A stretch of 64,000 nucleotides of DNA from Octopus bimaculoides (Eukaryota): the NCBI RefSeq assembly GCF_001194135.2, contig NC_068985.1, positions 2,781,070-2,845,069 of the forward strand, written 5' to 3'. A program made the position numbers and the translations under genes. The notes beneath the pieces were generated by a model. The model saw nothing but the letters and a program-made list of their open reading frames with translations, did no database searches and had not been told where the DNA came from. Below are positions 1 to 12,526 of the stretch, piece after piece; positions within the stretch are counted from its first letter, which is position 1, and every line of letters begins with the position of its first letter.

Positions 1-59
1 TCTAATTGACTGGCCACCTTCCCTGAAATTTCAGTCTTTTTGCTTTTAGTGGAAAGGAA

Positions 60-680
60 TATTCATAGTATACCAGCCTAAGGACAGCACTGAGATACCA
101 TATTCTACAGACAGAGAATTGGATTCACAAAAATATCAGGCTTCTATAAAATTGTTTTGGGAGCTAAGGAAGATGCATTATAATAATGAAGGATTTATAC
201 TATTAGTAAACAGTATGATATAGCAACAGAATAAAATCTATATATCTTCCATGAGAACACCAGATGCAAAGATAGCTGGTGTAACAGGAAAGGAACAGAG
301 AGAAGCAATTCACAGAAGCCAGAAAAGGAAGACAGGAAAAGATTAAGGAAAGATTACAAAATAGCATTATGGAAATGAAAGCTACCTCTCCAAGGTGATC
401 ATTACAAAGTTAAGATAGAGCAAACGTTGCTCAACAGACAAAAAAAAAAAAAAAATCAATGCTAGGGCAGATCTTCTGGATAAAAAGCTGAGATTAGGGC
501 TTATCAAAAATTATTTGAAAAATATGACTATACAAAACACTAAATGCAGAATATGCATGAAACATAATAGATAAAATGGTATCCTTGGTTACTTAGGCCT
601 TGCTAAGACTGAGTACATTCAACATCCAGGGTTAAGACCTAAAGTTATTTATTACAAATATTACAACAATAATATAGTTA
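60..680 (+). mobile_element. Degenerate Dong/R4-clade (RLE-type) non-LTR retrotransposon fragment
   Basis: Broken frames give ...KNMTIQNTKCRICMKH...LAKTEYIQH, resembling the CCHC knuckle region (KCRLC...HIISGC..LAK.EYI.RH) of R4/Dong ORFs; multiple stops. Confidence 0.5.
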
Positions 681-2081
681 AATGGTGTTGTCGTTTTCAA
701 ATTGTGGCTTCAGGCAGCAGCAGCACCAACAAATTTACAAGGCACATACTTCAAAATATGAAATACAATAAAATGAAAATCTCTTCAGAAAATAGCATTT
801 TATAAAGAATATCAAAAATCTACATCTTTAAAATATTTGAAAATTTAGAAATTAATAAAAAGAAATCATGTGGCTATGAATAAGTAGTTTATAGTACAGT
901 TGGTGAACAGGGCCACAAGTAATTTCAACAAGCAAATTAATTGAATCCCAAGATTCAAACCTTGTGGTGCCTTACACAAAGGTGAAGGAAAATAAGTCTG
1001 ACATCATATTAGAAAGAAATACTGCTACCTCTTTAAAATACTGTCAAGATAATTAACAACTAACTCAACCTTCAAGACAGCACAATTCACATCAACATAA
1101 ATAATCTTCTAAAAATAATGGCCTAAAGACTTATATAATTTTCCCACAACCATCTTAAAAATGAAATACCCACTGGATAATGTAGTTCGAGATACTTCAT
1201 GTCTAAAAATGATGATCACAGCTAGAATGTCTTTGATCACAGGTCCATTGAAACCTGAGATTAAACAATAAAATGATACATTTGGAGTCAAGATTTTATT
1301 GTAACCTAAGTTAAGCTATGTACTGGATGTTAAAGGGTACAGAGAGATCTATATCAAATTGTTTTTCTTTCAGTGTGTCAGCTGAAAATACACAAAATAA
1401 AAGTCAGGGAAAGATGGCAGGTAAAAGTTATTTGGTTAAGAATCTGAAATACTCTCAGAATTCAAAAATGCCAAGAAGCAAAATAGGGACACTTGGTAAA
1501 ATGTGACAGAGCATATCCAGCAAAACCATTCAAGGAATAATGATACATTAGCTGCTGTTCAATTAAGACATTTTACCATAAGCAAATCAATGATGTTGGA
1601 AACTATGTTAGAATGTTAGAGAAACTTCTGAATAAGTTTTCATTATTGAAAATAAGGAAAAATGTACAAATAGGAATAACTTTAGTAGAGTGAGGATGTA
1701 AACAGATTCACAGGAAAAAAATTTAGAAAGAGTACATCCACAATTTTCAAAATGAAATAGAAAAAAGAAAATGGTGAAACATTTTCCTTCCTAAAAGGAA
1801 GAAAAATCTGTCAAACTTGCAAAATATTTATCCAACGTTAATTTGTTTGAAACCTCTTGAGCTGAGCTGCAATGGAGCTAACATAAAACCATTTTAGGCC
1901 TTGCTTTAAGGTAAAAAATAAAATAAAATATGAGTGGAGAAAAAAAAAACAAGTATTAACTAAAGAAAACTGATATTTTCTAAAAGGTAAACTAAAATGT
2001 TACTTCCAAATGGTTGATCACAATTATAAATATGGTAGTGGTAAATATTTTTGTAAAATTTAGCAAACATTTTTTTTAAAG

Positions 2082-2093
2082 ATATATAGATAA

Positions 2094-2148
<55 letters not shown>
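2082..2148. repeat. (GATA)n microsatellite
   Basis: Direct tetranucleotide run. Confidence 0.95.
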
Positions 2149-2149
<1 letters not shown>

Positions 2150-2537
2150 CACGTGTGTGTGTGTGAGTGTGTTTGTGTCTGTCTCAGTGTCTGTGTGCGT
2201 ATATGTGTACAAGTGCATGCATTGGTAACATTGAAATCCTTAATGCTTTTAGTAAAACTTAAATCCCAGCTGCAGTGAGTATTTCTAACTTGAGCCAACA
2301 CTGAAATACCAGCTTTTGTATTAGGTGGTGGTGGTGGTAGAGAGAGAGAGAGAGAGAGAGTACAATAGCCAGTAATAAGGATGTAGAAGAGTGGCTCTCA
2401 CTCTTTTTGACTTTGTGGTACACTGGAGATCAAACAAAAATATTCATTCATATGGAGAGTGACACGTTACTGGTACATGGTACCCTAAATAAACAAACAA
2501 AAAATTACCTTCAAGCTAAGAAATTAGAAAAAACATA

Positions 2538-3617
2538 CATCATCATCATTTAACGTCCGCTTTCCATGCTGGCATGGGTTGGACGATTTGACTGATGACT
2601 GGCAAACCAGATGGCTGCACCAGTTTCCAATCTGATCTGGCAGAGTTTCTACAGCTGGATGCCCTTCCTAACGCCAATCACTCCGAGAGTGTAGTGGGTG
2701 CTTTTACGTGCCACCGGCACAAGGACTAGTCAGGCGGTACTGGCAACGGCCACACTCAAAATGGTGTATTTTATGTGCCACCTGCACAGGAGCCAGTCCA
2801 GCAGCACTGGCAACAATCTCACTCGAATAATTTTTCATGTGTCACCGGCACAAGTGCCAGTAAGGTAACGCTGGTAACAATAAACGCTCAAATGGTACTT
2901 TTTATGTGCCACCAGTACGGAAGCTAGTCACTTGCTAGATGATGCTCGGATGGTGCTCTTAGCACTCCACTAGCACGGATGCCAGTCATCGAATTTGATT
3001 TTGATTTCATTTGCCTCAACAGGTCTTCGCAAGAAGAGTTTAGTGTCCAATAAAGGAAAGGTACGCATAAATGGGCTGGTCCCCCCCCCCTGGCATAGGC
3101 CACGGGTTATGGTCTCACCTGGCTTGCCGGGTCTTCTCATGCAGGGCATATTTCCAAAGGTCTCGGTCACTCAGTCAGGCCTAATGTTTGAAGGTCGTGT
3201 TTCACCACCTCAACCCAGGTCTTTCTGGATCTACCTCTTCCACAGGTTCCCTCAACCACTAGGGTGTGGCACTTTTTCACACAGCTATCCTCATCCATTC
3301 CCGCCACATGACCATACCAGCGCAGTCGTCTCTCTTGCACACCACATCTGATGCTTATTAGGTTCAACTTTTCTCTCAAGATACTTACACTCTGTCGAAT
3401 TTGCACACTGACATTACACATCCATCGGAGCATACTGGCTTCATTCCTTGCAAGCTTATGCATGTCCTCGGTAGTCACAGCCCATGTTTCACTGCTATGT
3501 AGCATGGCTGTTCATACAGATGCGTCATACAGTCTACCTTTTACTCTGAGTGAGAGGCCCTTTGTCACCAGCAGAGGTAGGAACTCTCTGAACGTTGCCT
3601 AGGCTATTCTTATTCTA
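2538..3617 (-). mobile_element. RTE-clade LINE, 3' part (RT C-terminus, tandem-unit 3' UTR, (TGA)n tail)
   Basis: ORF 3167-3505: MLHSSETWAVTTEDMHKLARNEASMLRWMCNV...RRLRWYGHV...GRGRSRKTW, typical of the RTE RT C-terminus. Ends in ...catggaaagcggacgttaaatgatgatgatg. Confidence 0.9.
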
Positions 3618-3663
3618 TATATATATATATATATATGTGCGTGTGTGTGTGTGTGTGTGTTTA

Positions 3664-4180
3664 TTTATATGCTCGATCTGTAGAAAAGGCATAAGTAGAA
3701 ACTCTATAAGATGTACCCAGTGTAGGCTATGGACACATAAGATGTGCAGCAATATCAAAGAAAGGCTAACCAAGAAGATAGTTTTTGTATGTAGCAGATG
3801 CTCAGGAGCAATAAACACTGAAAATGTGCAGAGAACAACTTCTGCCACATTCCAGAGAGAAAAACCAGAAGTAGTTGATAGCTTCCGTTACCTAGGTGAC
3901 CAAGTCAGTAGCGTGGGTGGGTGTACTGAAAGTGTAGCTGCTAGAATAAGAATAGCCTAGGCAACGTTCAGAGAGGTCCTACCTCTGCTGGTGACAAAGG
4001 GCCTCTCGCTCAGAGTAAAATGTAGACTGTATGACGCATCTGTATGAACAGCCATGCTACATAGCAGTGAAACATGGGCTGTGACTACCGAGGACATGCA
4101 TAAGCTTGTAAGGAATGAAGCCAGTATGCTCCGATGGATGTGTAATGTCAGTGTGCAAATTCGACAGAGTGTAAGTACCT
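3664..4180 (+). mobile_element. RTE LINE fragment inverted relative to the 2538-3617 copy
   Basis: CSICRKGISRNSIRCTQCRLWTHK...VDSFRYLGDQV...RIRIA, then a reverse-complement copy of 3382-3617. Confidence 0.88.
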
Positions 4181-4324
4181 TATTCTTCATTTTCATATAT
4201 ATATATATATATGTAGAAGGTTGAAAAGGAACGCATGAGTTGATATGTATAAGGAAAATAAGTCAAGGTAGAAAATGCCAAAATAATTTTATCATAAAAT
4301 GCGTTTCAGTACTGGTGTCAGTCA

Positions 4325-4650
4325 NNNNNNNNNNNNNNNNNNNNNNNNNNNNNNNNNNNNNNNNNNNNNNNNNNNNNNNNNNNNNNNNNNNNNNNNNNNN
4401 NNNNNNNNNNNNNNNNNNNNNNNNNNNNNNNNNNNNNNNNNNNNNNNNNNNNNNNNNNNNNNNNNNNNNNNNNNNNNNNNNNNNNNNNNNNNNNNNNNNN
4501 NNNNNNNNNNNNNNNNNNNNNNNNNNNNNNNNNNNNNNNNNNNNNNNNNNNNNNNNNNNNNNNNNNNNNNNNNNNNNNNNNNNNNNNNNNNNNNNNNNNN
4601 NNNNNNNNNNNNNNNNNNNNNNNNNNNNNNNNNNNNNNNNNNNNNNNNNN
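4325..4650. other. Assembly gap (N)
   Basis: N run. Other gaps: 11197-11849, 12317-12326, 17187-17424, 33575-33868, 49653-49662, 55314-55559. Confidence 1.
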
Positions 4651-5398
4651 TATATATATATACATATAGACACAGGCAGCACATTTTTTTAAGTTGATCC
4701 AGCAATAATGTGTGTATTCTAAAGTCTTAAATTTATACATTTAAAACACTCCATGGTGTACTTGGATATTTTTTGCATCTAAGAACAGCTTTGAAAAATA
4801 TTGATATCAAACTTTGGTACAAGGCAAGCCTATGACATCGACCCAATGCTTATTTTATCAACTCTTAAATGATAGAAGGTGAAGTTGACCTTGGCAGAAT
4901 TCGAACTCAGAACAAACAGATAATGCAGTTAAGCAATTTGCCTAACATATTTAACGATTCTGCCACCTTGCTGCTTTGCTTTGAGAAATATTTACAGAAA
5001 GGATTAGATGTTTTAATAAGAAGTTTTAAAAAAACCCAAATAATCTATACTGCTAATCTTACTGACTTCTAACCCAGAGGAATACATGTCACAGCTAAAC
5101 CAAGCAAGATTTGAACAATGTATTTTTTCGTACATTGGTACAGGAGCACAAATGCTTAAATGAGAACGTATACTCCAGTGTATCTACCCTATTTCATGGC
5201 TGGCACATATCTTATCAACCACAGAAAAATGAAAAGCAAGAAACTTCTTTCCACAATAAATTGTATTGAAATTGCATTTACAAGTTAAAATATGTCACAT
5301 ACGTATTTGAACTAATCTCAAATTTGTTTATTTCCCATCACTGCTTCATACTACAAGTGTGTGTATGTGTACACACACACACACACACATCTATACAT

Positions 5399-5434
<36 letters not shown>

Positions 5435-5922
5435 CAGGTAATACAACTTTTGTTAAAACCTGTCCTTTCCACATTTTCTTTTCTTGTTCATGGCCTTCCT
5501 AATACATACACGCATATATATATATATATATATATATATACATGGGACCTTTGGAGATATTCTGTGATTGAGAAGATCCAGCAAGTAAAGTGAGATCATA
5601 GCCATAGCCTATACCAGTGTCACATAACCAGCCCATTTATAAAAAGTACCTTTGAATCATTGGGTGACATGTCATGCTTGAGGAGACCTATTGAATAAAG
5701 TAAAATCAAAATCAAAATGGAAATTGTAGTTGTGACCGATGCTAGTGCTTTAGTTTTATTGATTACATAACTATTTGTGCAGGGGCCATGAGGAAAAACA
5801 AAAGAAAACATTGTATGTAGTACGTTCTGTAAAGAGGTTGGAGTTAGGGAGTGCAGCCAACCATGGAAAGCAAGTAAGATGCAATCCTCCAACTCATCTA
5901 GGTGAGCAGTACCATCGTTAGA

Positions 5923-6303
5923 TGTAGGTGTGACTGTGTGGTAAGAAGTTTCCTTGCCAATCATGTTTCTGGGTTCAGTCCCACAATGTAACACTTTGGC
6001 TAGGTATCTTCTACTATAACCCTAGGACAACCAAAGCCTTGTGGGTGGATTTGGTAGACAGAAACTGAAAGAAGCCCGTCGTATATATATCTATGTTTGT
6101 GCCTTTGGCCTTCATCACTACTCGATAAATGGAGTTGGTAGATTTGCATCCCTGTTAGGCAGTGGTTTTGGCAAAAGAGTGTTAGGATAAGTAGCAGGCT
6201 TGAAAATTGAAAATATACAGCGGAGTCGATTCATTTGACTAAAAATTCAAGGTGATGGCCCAGCGTGGATGCAATCAAACAAATGAAGCAAGTAGAAGAT
6301 AAA
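5923..6303 (+). mobile_element. tRNA-derived SINE, family A (head, microsatellite linker, 3' module)
   Basis: A-box-like TGACTGTGTGG, B-box-like GGTTCAGTCCC; body ...ccaaagccttgtgggtggatttggtagacagaaactgaaagaagcccgtc, shared by more than 10 copies in the window. Confidence 0.85.
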
Positions 6304-7253
6304 ATATTGACGCTGATATACATTGCAGGGACCCACCCAACCCATGTGAAAGAGAAAGGGAGAGAGAGAGAGAGAGAGAGAGAGAAGTTATTATACATAT
6401 GAAAAAATAGAACTCAATACATAAAGCAGAGTGCTTCATTATGATAAGACCAATATGTGTTCTCAGCTAAAATAATATACACACACAGACACACGCCATG
6501 ATATGCAAAGAAATGATTACCAAAATATATACATACAGAGCCACACACATGTATATATGTGTATAAGTTCACATATATCCATGCATGCATAAATACATGT
6601 GTACACAAATATGTACGTGTGTGTGTATGTGTGGAGAGAGAGAGAGAGAGAGTTCCTGCCATCCACATATGTACATGCTTTAAACAGACAATGCTGACAG
6701 GAACATGGAGAGGCTAAAACTAAATAAAATACTTGGTCAGTGAGCTTGGTAGTGACTGGCTTATGGCACAAGAATACCTTTGAGAAGTAAGATTTTCTCT
6801 CTGCTTTTTGGTTGGTTCACATTTTTTTTTTACTTACTTTTTATGATTTTTATTTTTTCCTGAAGAAGAATAAAAGCAGAGAGAGACGGCACAGTGACGT
6901 ATATTCCTAAAGTATATATGAGTGATTGAAAATGTGCATGTGTCCTGCTTTTCGTTGCACAAACGGATACAGTGCTGACAACCAGATGCATTCTATCAAT
7001 CAACGTGAACCCCCTAGGGTCTCAGAATAGGCCTGCTCAAATACAATGAGAAAAGGAAGGAAAGGAGGAAAAAGCCTGCCAAAGAAGAAGAGTACAATGA
7101 TAAAGATAACAAAAGATAATAATATCTAACAAAAAAAAAAAAAATTAACCAGATCAAGAAGAAAAATAATTTTAAAATAAGAAAACAATAAAAAAAAACT
7201 AAAAGGAACAACAAAGAAGACAAAGAGCCAGCAAACCACTCTTCCACCACGCT

Positions 7254-7284
<31 letters not shown>

Positions 7285-7425
7285 GACAACAATAACAGCA
7301 ACAAAAGGAGGAAGTCTAAAATAAAGATAAGGGCCAGGAGTGTTGCGGCACAGTTAATGTGAGTGTGGTGTGGTGTACAAGGGAAGAGAAATGCTGTACA
7401 AATAACATAAGGATGAAGAAAACAG

Positions 7426-7470
<45 letters not shown>

Positions 7471-9392
7471 TGCATGCGTGAGTGTGCACGCATCTGTATG
7501 TGTGCATACTCATAAATACACACATACATCTGTATATTAGACATATGACACTTACACATACATGTTTCATATAAAGAATGAAATATATATATAGATGTGT
7601 GTGTGTGTGAGTGTATATATATATATATATACACACATGTACATCTGTATATGAGAAAGAAGAAACTAAATAGGAAGAGAAAGAACATAAAATTGCAGCA
7701 AAACGTAAAAGATTAGGATAAGATTAAGTAAGTAGCTTAATTTCACTGGCTAAACTAAACACATGGATCAATATATTGCTTGGCTGTTTGCTTTGCTGAC
7801 TCCTTTTTACATTGGGGGGGGGTGCTTTTGTGTGTGTGTCATTTTTATTTATTTTTGGTCTTTATTTTCTGTTAAGTTTGCCAAGATTCTACTAAACTGG
7901 TCACAGAACCGAAAAAAATTAAAAAAAGATGATGGAGGAAGAGAAGAAGGATGAGGAGGAACGAGAGAAAGAAAAACATATAAATATAAAAATGTAAAAA
8001 AAAAAAAAGGTTTTAAAAAAAATCAAACAGCATCAAATCAAATATCCAAAAAGGTTGCTGTGAGGTTGAAAATATTGGCTACACGAGGGGAGAAAAATAA
8101 AGACAGAACAAATATGGAAATAAAGAATAACTAAATAATTGAATGAATAAAATACAGGTTTTCATTCAAGTCAAAGAAGGTATCATTTATATTTATTGCA
8201 AGCAAACAAGGGAGCCTGTATGTGGTTGTTTAAACTGCTAAAAATAGCAGCCAAACTTCTTCAGTCTCAAAAACAAACATTTTCACCAATATATTCCTAA
8301 ATACATAGAAAAGCTGGCCATGCTTGGAACGGTGTTGTTCGCTAATATATTCAAACATGACTGACCTAAGGATTAATCAACAACACAACATTCAAGCTAA
8401 TGAGAGAGCTTTTATGTTACCACTCAATCTGCTAGACATAGAAGCCAAAACTCATTCAAATCACACCATGTTTTAATAAATAGAAGGATAAATAAATATC
8501 AGCAAAAAAGACATGATGGTCTCCACTGGAATGCTTTTGATCATACATGCCTGACAAGAACAGGCCTAGGACTAAACAACAGCAACAACAAAACCTTTGA
8601 GATTCTTCAAAATCAATAGCAAATCAAATTCCTTTTATCTGTATAATACTTGAATTCAGATTCTGTTTGTCTGTGTCTGCCACCATTTTAGGCAATACAG
8701 TTCATTGTGGATTTAAAATATTTACTAATGTACTGCTTGACATAAAACCCTTTTGCCTAAAATAAATTCCAGTATGTTTCTGAGGCCTGTTAGCTCAAAT
8801 GGGAGAAGAATATTATCCGACATTATTTAAACATGGGAACTTCTTACCATTACTGACAACAAAAGTGGGTGAAAAAAAACAAAGAAAAAACCCCACTCAC
8901 ATGTAGTAGTAACACAGATATACATACAAAAGCAACCACACACATCAGCTGAATGCAATAAACATACACGACTTAGGTATGTATACACATTTAATAGAGA
9001 ATGTCCACAAACATGAGACACACACACACACACACAAACAGTTATTCAATGCACACACACACACACAAACAGTTATTCAATGCATGCACAAACACACACA
9101 CAGAAACAGAAACGCAACACATAGACAGAAACTAATTTTGTGAATGAAAATCTGGATAAGTTTATCAATTGTAAAGTCATGGAAACTTCACATTGCCATT
9201 GCCAGCAGACTGGATATATGCCTGTGTGAGTTAGATGACTTAGTTGACTCATAACTGAGCTGGACATCAATGTCAAAGAACTCAAAATATAAATGGCTGG
9301 AATGACCGGCATAAAACATTTCGTCTGAAATACTGAAATTTCTGTCAATTTGCCCATTTATGTTTACAGTACATGTGTGTGAAAATGATATA

Positions 9393-10953
9393 CACCTTGT
9401 CTGAATATCATTGTGCAAATTGGCTTCTTTTTTTTTTTTTTAATAAAATGAATGTACATCCACATAGGAAGCTGAAATTCTAGGATGTTGGTACAAATGC
9501 TCTTTCGTAATTGTGGCTAAAATTTTACATACATCTGATCTGTTTTTCATCAATAATTGAGAATTTAGTGATATTGGCTGTCTGAAATTATTATGCAAAT
9601 GCAGGAATTTATATTTTTTACAGTGTTAATAAAATGTTTTTGTTAATTTACAGGTCATAATATAATCATGGGTAAAAAGAAAGATATTACAGCGTCTGAA
9701 GAGCAGAAAATAACTAAGCTTTTAAGTGATAGCATGACCTCTTTGAACATTTCAAAGCAACTTGGCTGAGGTCATCAAACAATCAAGAAAACAATTGAAG
9801 ATATAACACAGAACAGGAAACCAAAGTCTTGGAAGGGGTTCAAGAACTTGTCCATGAGAGAGAAGCATCAACTGAAATGCATTGTTGCTAGAAACCCACT
9901 ACTCAGTAGTGATAAGGTATTTAATATGGCTGGGATTGTTGGAATAAAGAGAAACAAAATGTGTAGAGTCCTTCGTGACATTGGTTCTGTGAAAAAATCC
10001 CCTCGCCAGCCTCCTATATTTCCAACAAATATTGATAAACGTCTAAAGTGGGCAAGAAAGTACTTAAAATCGGGTTTCAGAAATGTCATGTTCACTGACA
10101 AATCGTGTGTCATATTAGATGGTCCAAGCGGATGGGTTAAAGGATGGGTTCTGTCTGGCCAATATGCTCCTATGATGAGAAGACAGCAACAAGGAGGTGG
10201 TGGTGTAATGATATGGGCTGGTATTGTTCATAGAACCATCATTGGTGTAAAACTCAACAGTACTAATTATTGTGAATTCTTGGATGAAACTTTCTTTGAA
10301 TGGTACAAGCGTCCACCTCACAGTTTCAAGATGAAGTGTATGTTTATGCAATGACAATGCTCCATCACATGCTTCTCTCCTAACTCGTGAGTTTCTTGAG
10401 TGCAAACGATTTGCTGAAGACAAAACAATGGAGTGGCCACCGTCAAGCCCTGACATGAACCCAGAAGAAAACCTCTGGTCAGTCGTAAAACAGAAACTCT
10501 ATGAAGGAGGCAAACAGTGCAACAGCAAGGTAGAACTGTGAGATGCTAGACAAAGTATTACAGCTGCAGTTTCACCAGATCAAATTGGAAAACTAACAAA
10601 TCCGATGGACAACAGATTAGTAACGTTGATTAAAAACAAATGATCGTTATATCAACATATAAATTGCTGCAACTATATATTAAAACATTGTTCTTTGAAT
10701 TAGTAAAAAGTTCATAATGGGTTCATATATTTTAATTGTCCTGATACGCAGAGCAAATAACAATTCCAACATTTGCATAACAACTTCAGACAGTCAATTT
10801 CAGTAAATTCTCAATCAGATGTATGTCAAATTTTAGCTACAATTAAGAAAGAGCGTTTTTACCAACATCCTAAAATTTCAGCTTCCTATGTACATGTACA
10901 TTCATTTTATTTTTTTTTAAAAACTGATTTGCATAATATCTTCAGACAAGGTG
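9393..10953 (+). mobile_element. Tc1-like DNA transposon, DD37E (TRT-like), near full length (1561 bp), defective
   Basis: TA TSDs at 9391-92 and 10954-55. TIRs 9393-9600 and 10771-10953 start caccttgtctgaa...tgcaaat. Transposase described in the next entry. Confidence 0.92.
9668..10662 (+). pseudogene. DD37E transposase pseudogene
   Basis: MGKKKDITASEEQKI...(stop)...RLKWARKYL..F..VMFTD...LDGP.GW..GW...QQGGGGVMIWAGI...FMQ(+1 fs)DNAPSHAS...WPPSSPDMNPEENLW. 37 residues lie between the second D and the catalytic E; contains stops and frameshifts. Confidence 0.9.
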
Positions 10954-11025
10954 TATTTTAAATATATATATATATATACATATACATACACACACATACA
11001 CCCCCCACACACATATATATATACA

Positions 11026-11196
11026 GGTGCAGGAGTGGCTGTGTAGCAAGAAGCCTACTTACCAACCTCCTGGATCCAGGTTCAGACCCACTGAGTGGCA
11101 CCTTGGGCAAGTGTCTTCTACTATAGCCTTGTTCTGACCAAAGCTTTGTGAGTGGATTTGGTAGATAGAAACTGAAAGAAGCCCGTCATATATATA
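11026..11196 (+). mobile_element. SINE family A head (runs into gap)
   Basis: ggtgcaggagtggctgtgtagcaag...ggttcagacccactgagtggcaccttgggcaagtgtcttc... Confidence 0.85.
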
Positions 11197-11914
11197 NNNN
11201 NNNNNNNNNNNNNNNNNNNNNNNNNNNNNNNNNNNNNNNNNNNNNNNNNNNNNNNNNNNNNNNNNNNNNNNNNNNNNNNNNNNNNNNNNNNNNNNNNNNN
11301 NNNNNNNNNNNNNNNNNNNNNNNNNNNNNNNNNNNNNNNNNNNNNNNNNNNNNNNNNNNNNNNNNNNNNNNNNNNNNNNNNNNNNNNNNNNNNNNNNNNN
11401 NNNNNNNNNNNNNNNNNNNNNNNNNNNNNNNNNNNNNNNNNNNNNNNNNNNNNNNNNNNNNNNNNNNNNNNNNNNNNNNNNNNNNNNNNNNNNNNNNNNN
11501 NNNNNNNNNNNNNNNNNNNNNNNNNNNNNNNNNNNNNNNNNNNNNNNNNNNNNNNNNNNNNNNNNNNNNNNNNNNNNNNNNNNNNNNNNNNNNNNNNNNN
11601 NNNNNNNNNNNNNNNNNNNNNNNNNNNNNNNNNNNNNNNNNNNNNNNNNNNNNNNNNNNNNNNNNNNNNNNNNNNNNNNNNNNNNNNNNNNNNNNNNNNN
11701 NNNNNNNNNNNNNNNNNNNNNNNNNNNNNNNNNNNNNNNNNNNNNNNNNNNNNNNNNNNNNNNNNNNNNNNNNNNNNNNNNNNNNNNNNNNNNNNNNNNN
11801 NNNNNNNNNNNNNNNNNNNNNNNNNNNNNNNNNNNNNNNNNNNNNNNNNTATATATATAGATAGATAGATATATATATATATACCTATATGATATACATA
11901 TATGAGTCATACCC

Positions 11915-12526
11915 AATGGCTGGTTCAATTTCGATCTCAGTTACCCCAACAGGTCTTTGCAAGCAGAGTTTAGTGCCCAATGAAGTAAAGATACGAATAA
12001 GTGAGCTGGTTACACTTCTGGCAGAGGCCATAGATTATGCTCTCACTTACCTTGCCGGGTCTTCTCACGTACTGCATATTTCCAAAGGTATCTGTCATTA
12101 GTCATTGCCTCGGTGCTTCACCACCTCATCCCAGGTCTCCCTGGGTCTACCTCTTCCACAGGTTCCCTCAACTGCTAGGGTGTGGCACTTTTTCACACAA
12201 CTATCCTCATCCATTCTCGCCACCTGCCCATACCAGCGCAATCGTCTCTCTTGCACACCACAGCTGATGCTTCTTAGGTCCAACTTTTCTCTCAAGGTAC
12301 TTACACTCTGTCGAGTNNNNNNNNNNCAGCGCAATCGTCTCTCTTGCACACCACAGCTGATGCTTCTTAGGTCCAACTTTTCTCTCAAGGTACTTACACT
12401 CTGTCGAGTATGCACACTGACATTACACATCCATCGGAGCATACTGGCTTCATTCCTTGCGAGCTTACACATGTCCTCAGCAGTCACGGCCCATGTTTCA
12501 CTGCCATGTAGCATGGCTGTTCGTAT
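11915..12526 (-). mobile_element. RTE LINE 3' fragment (same family as 2538-3617)
   Basis: AMLHGSETWAVTAEDMCKLARNEASMLRWMC...RRLRWYGQVARMDEDSCVKKC. An ~80-bp duplication across the 10-N gap is likely an assembly overlap. Confidence 0.9.

Noticed and set aside
1320-1910. Coding-like degraded stretch (…QINDVGNYVRMLEKL…)
   Set aside because: Many stops; could not be assigned to any TE or gene family by eye.
2590-2615. CTGATGA followed by a small hairpin in family C (possible hammerhead)
   Set aside because: No GAAA or NUH after the stem, and other copies read CTGAGGA/CTGGGGA.
2700-2935. Repeated ~20-bp cores with ~45-bp spacers, resembling a CRISPR array
   Set aside because: The spacers are homologous to one another and the block is part of a dispersed RTE 3' UTR in an animal genome; no cas genes.
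12238-12410. ~80-bp direct repeat on both sides of a 10-N gap
   Set aside because: Typical unmerged contig overlap.
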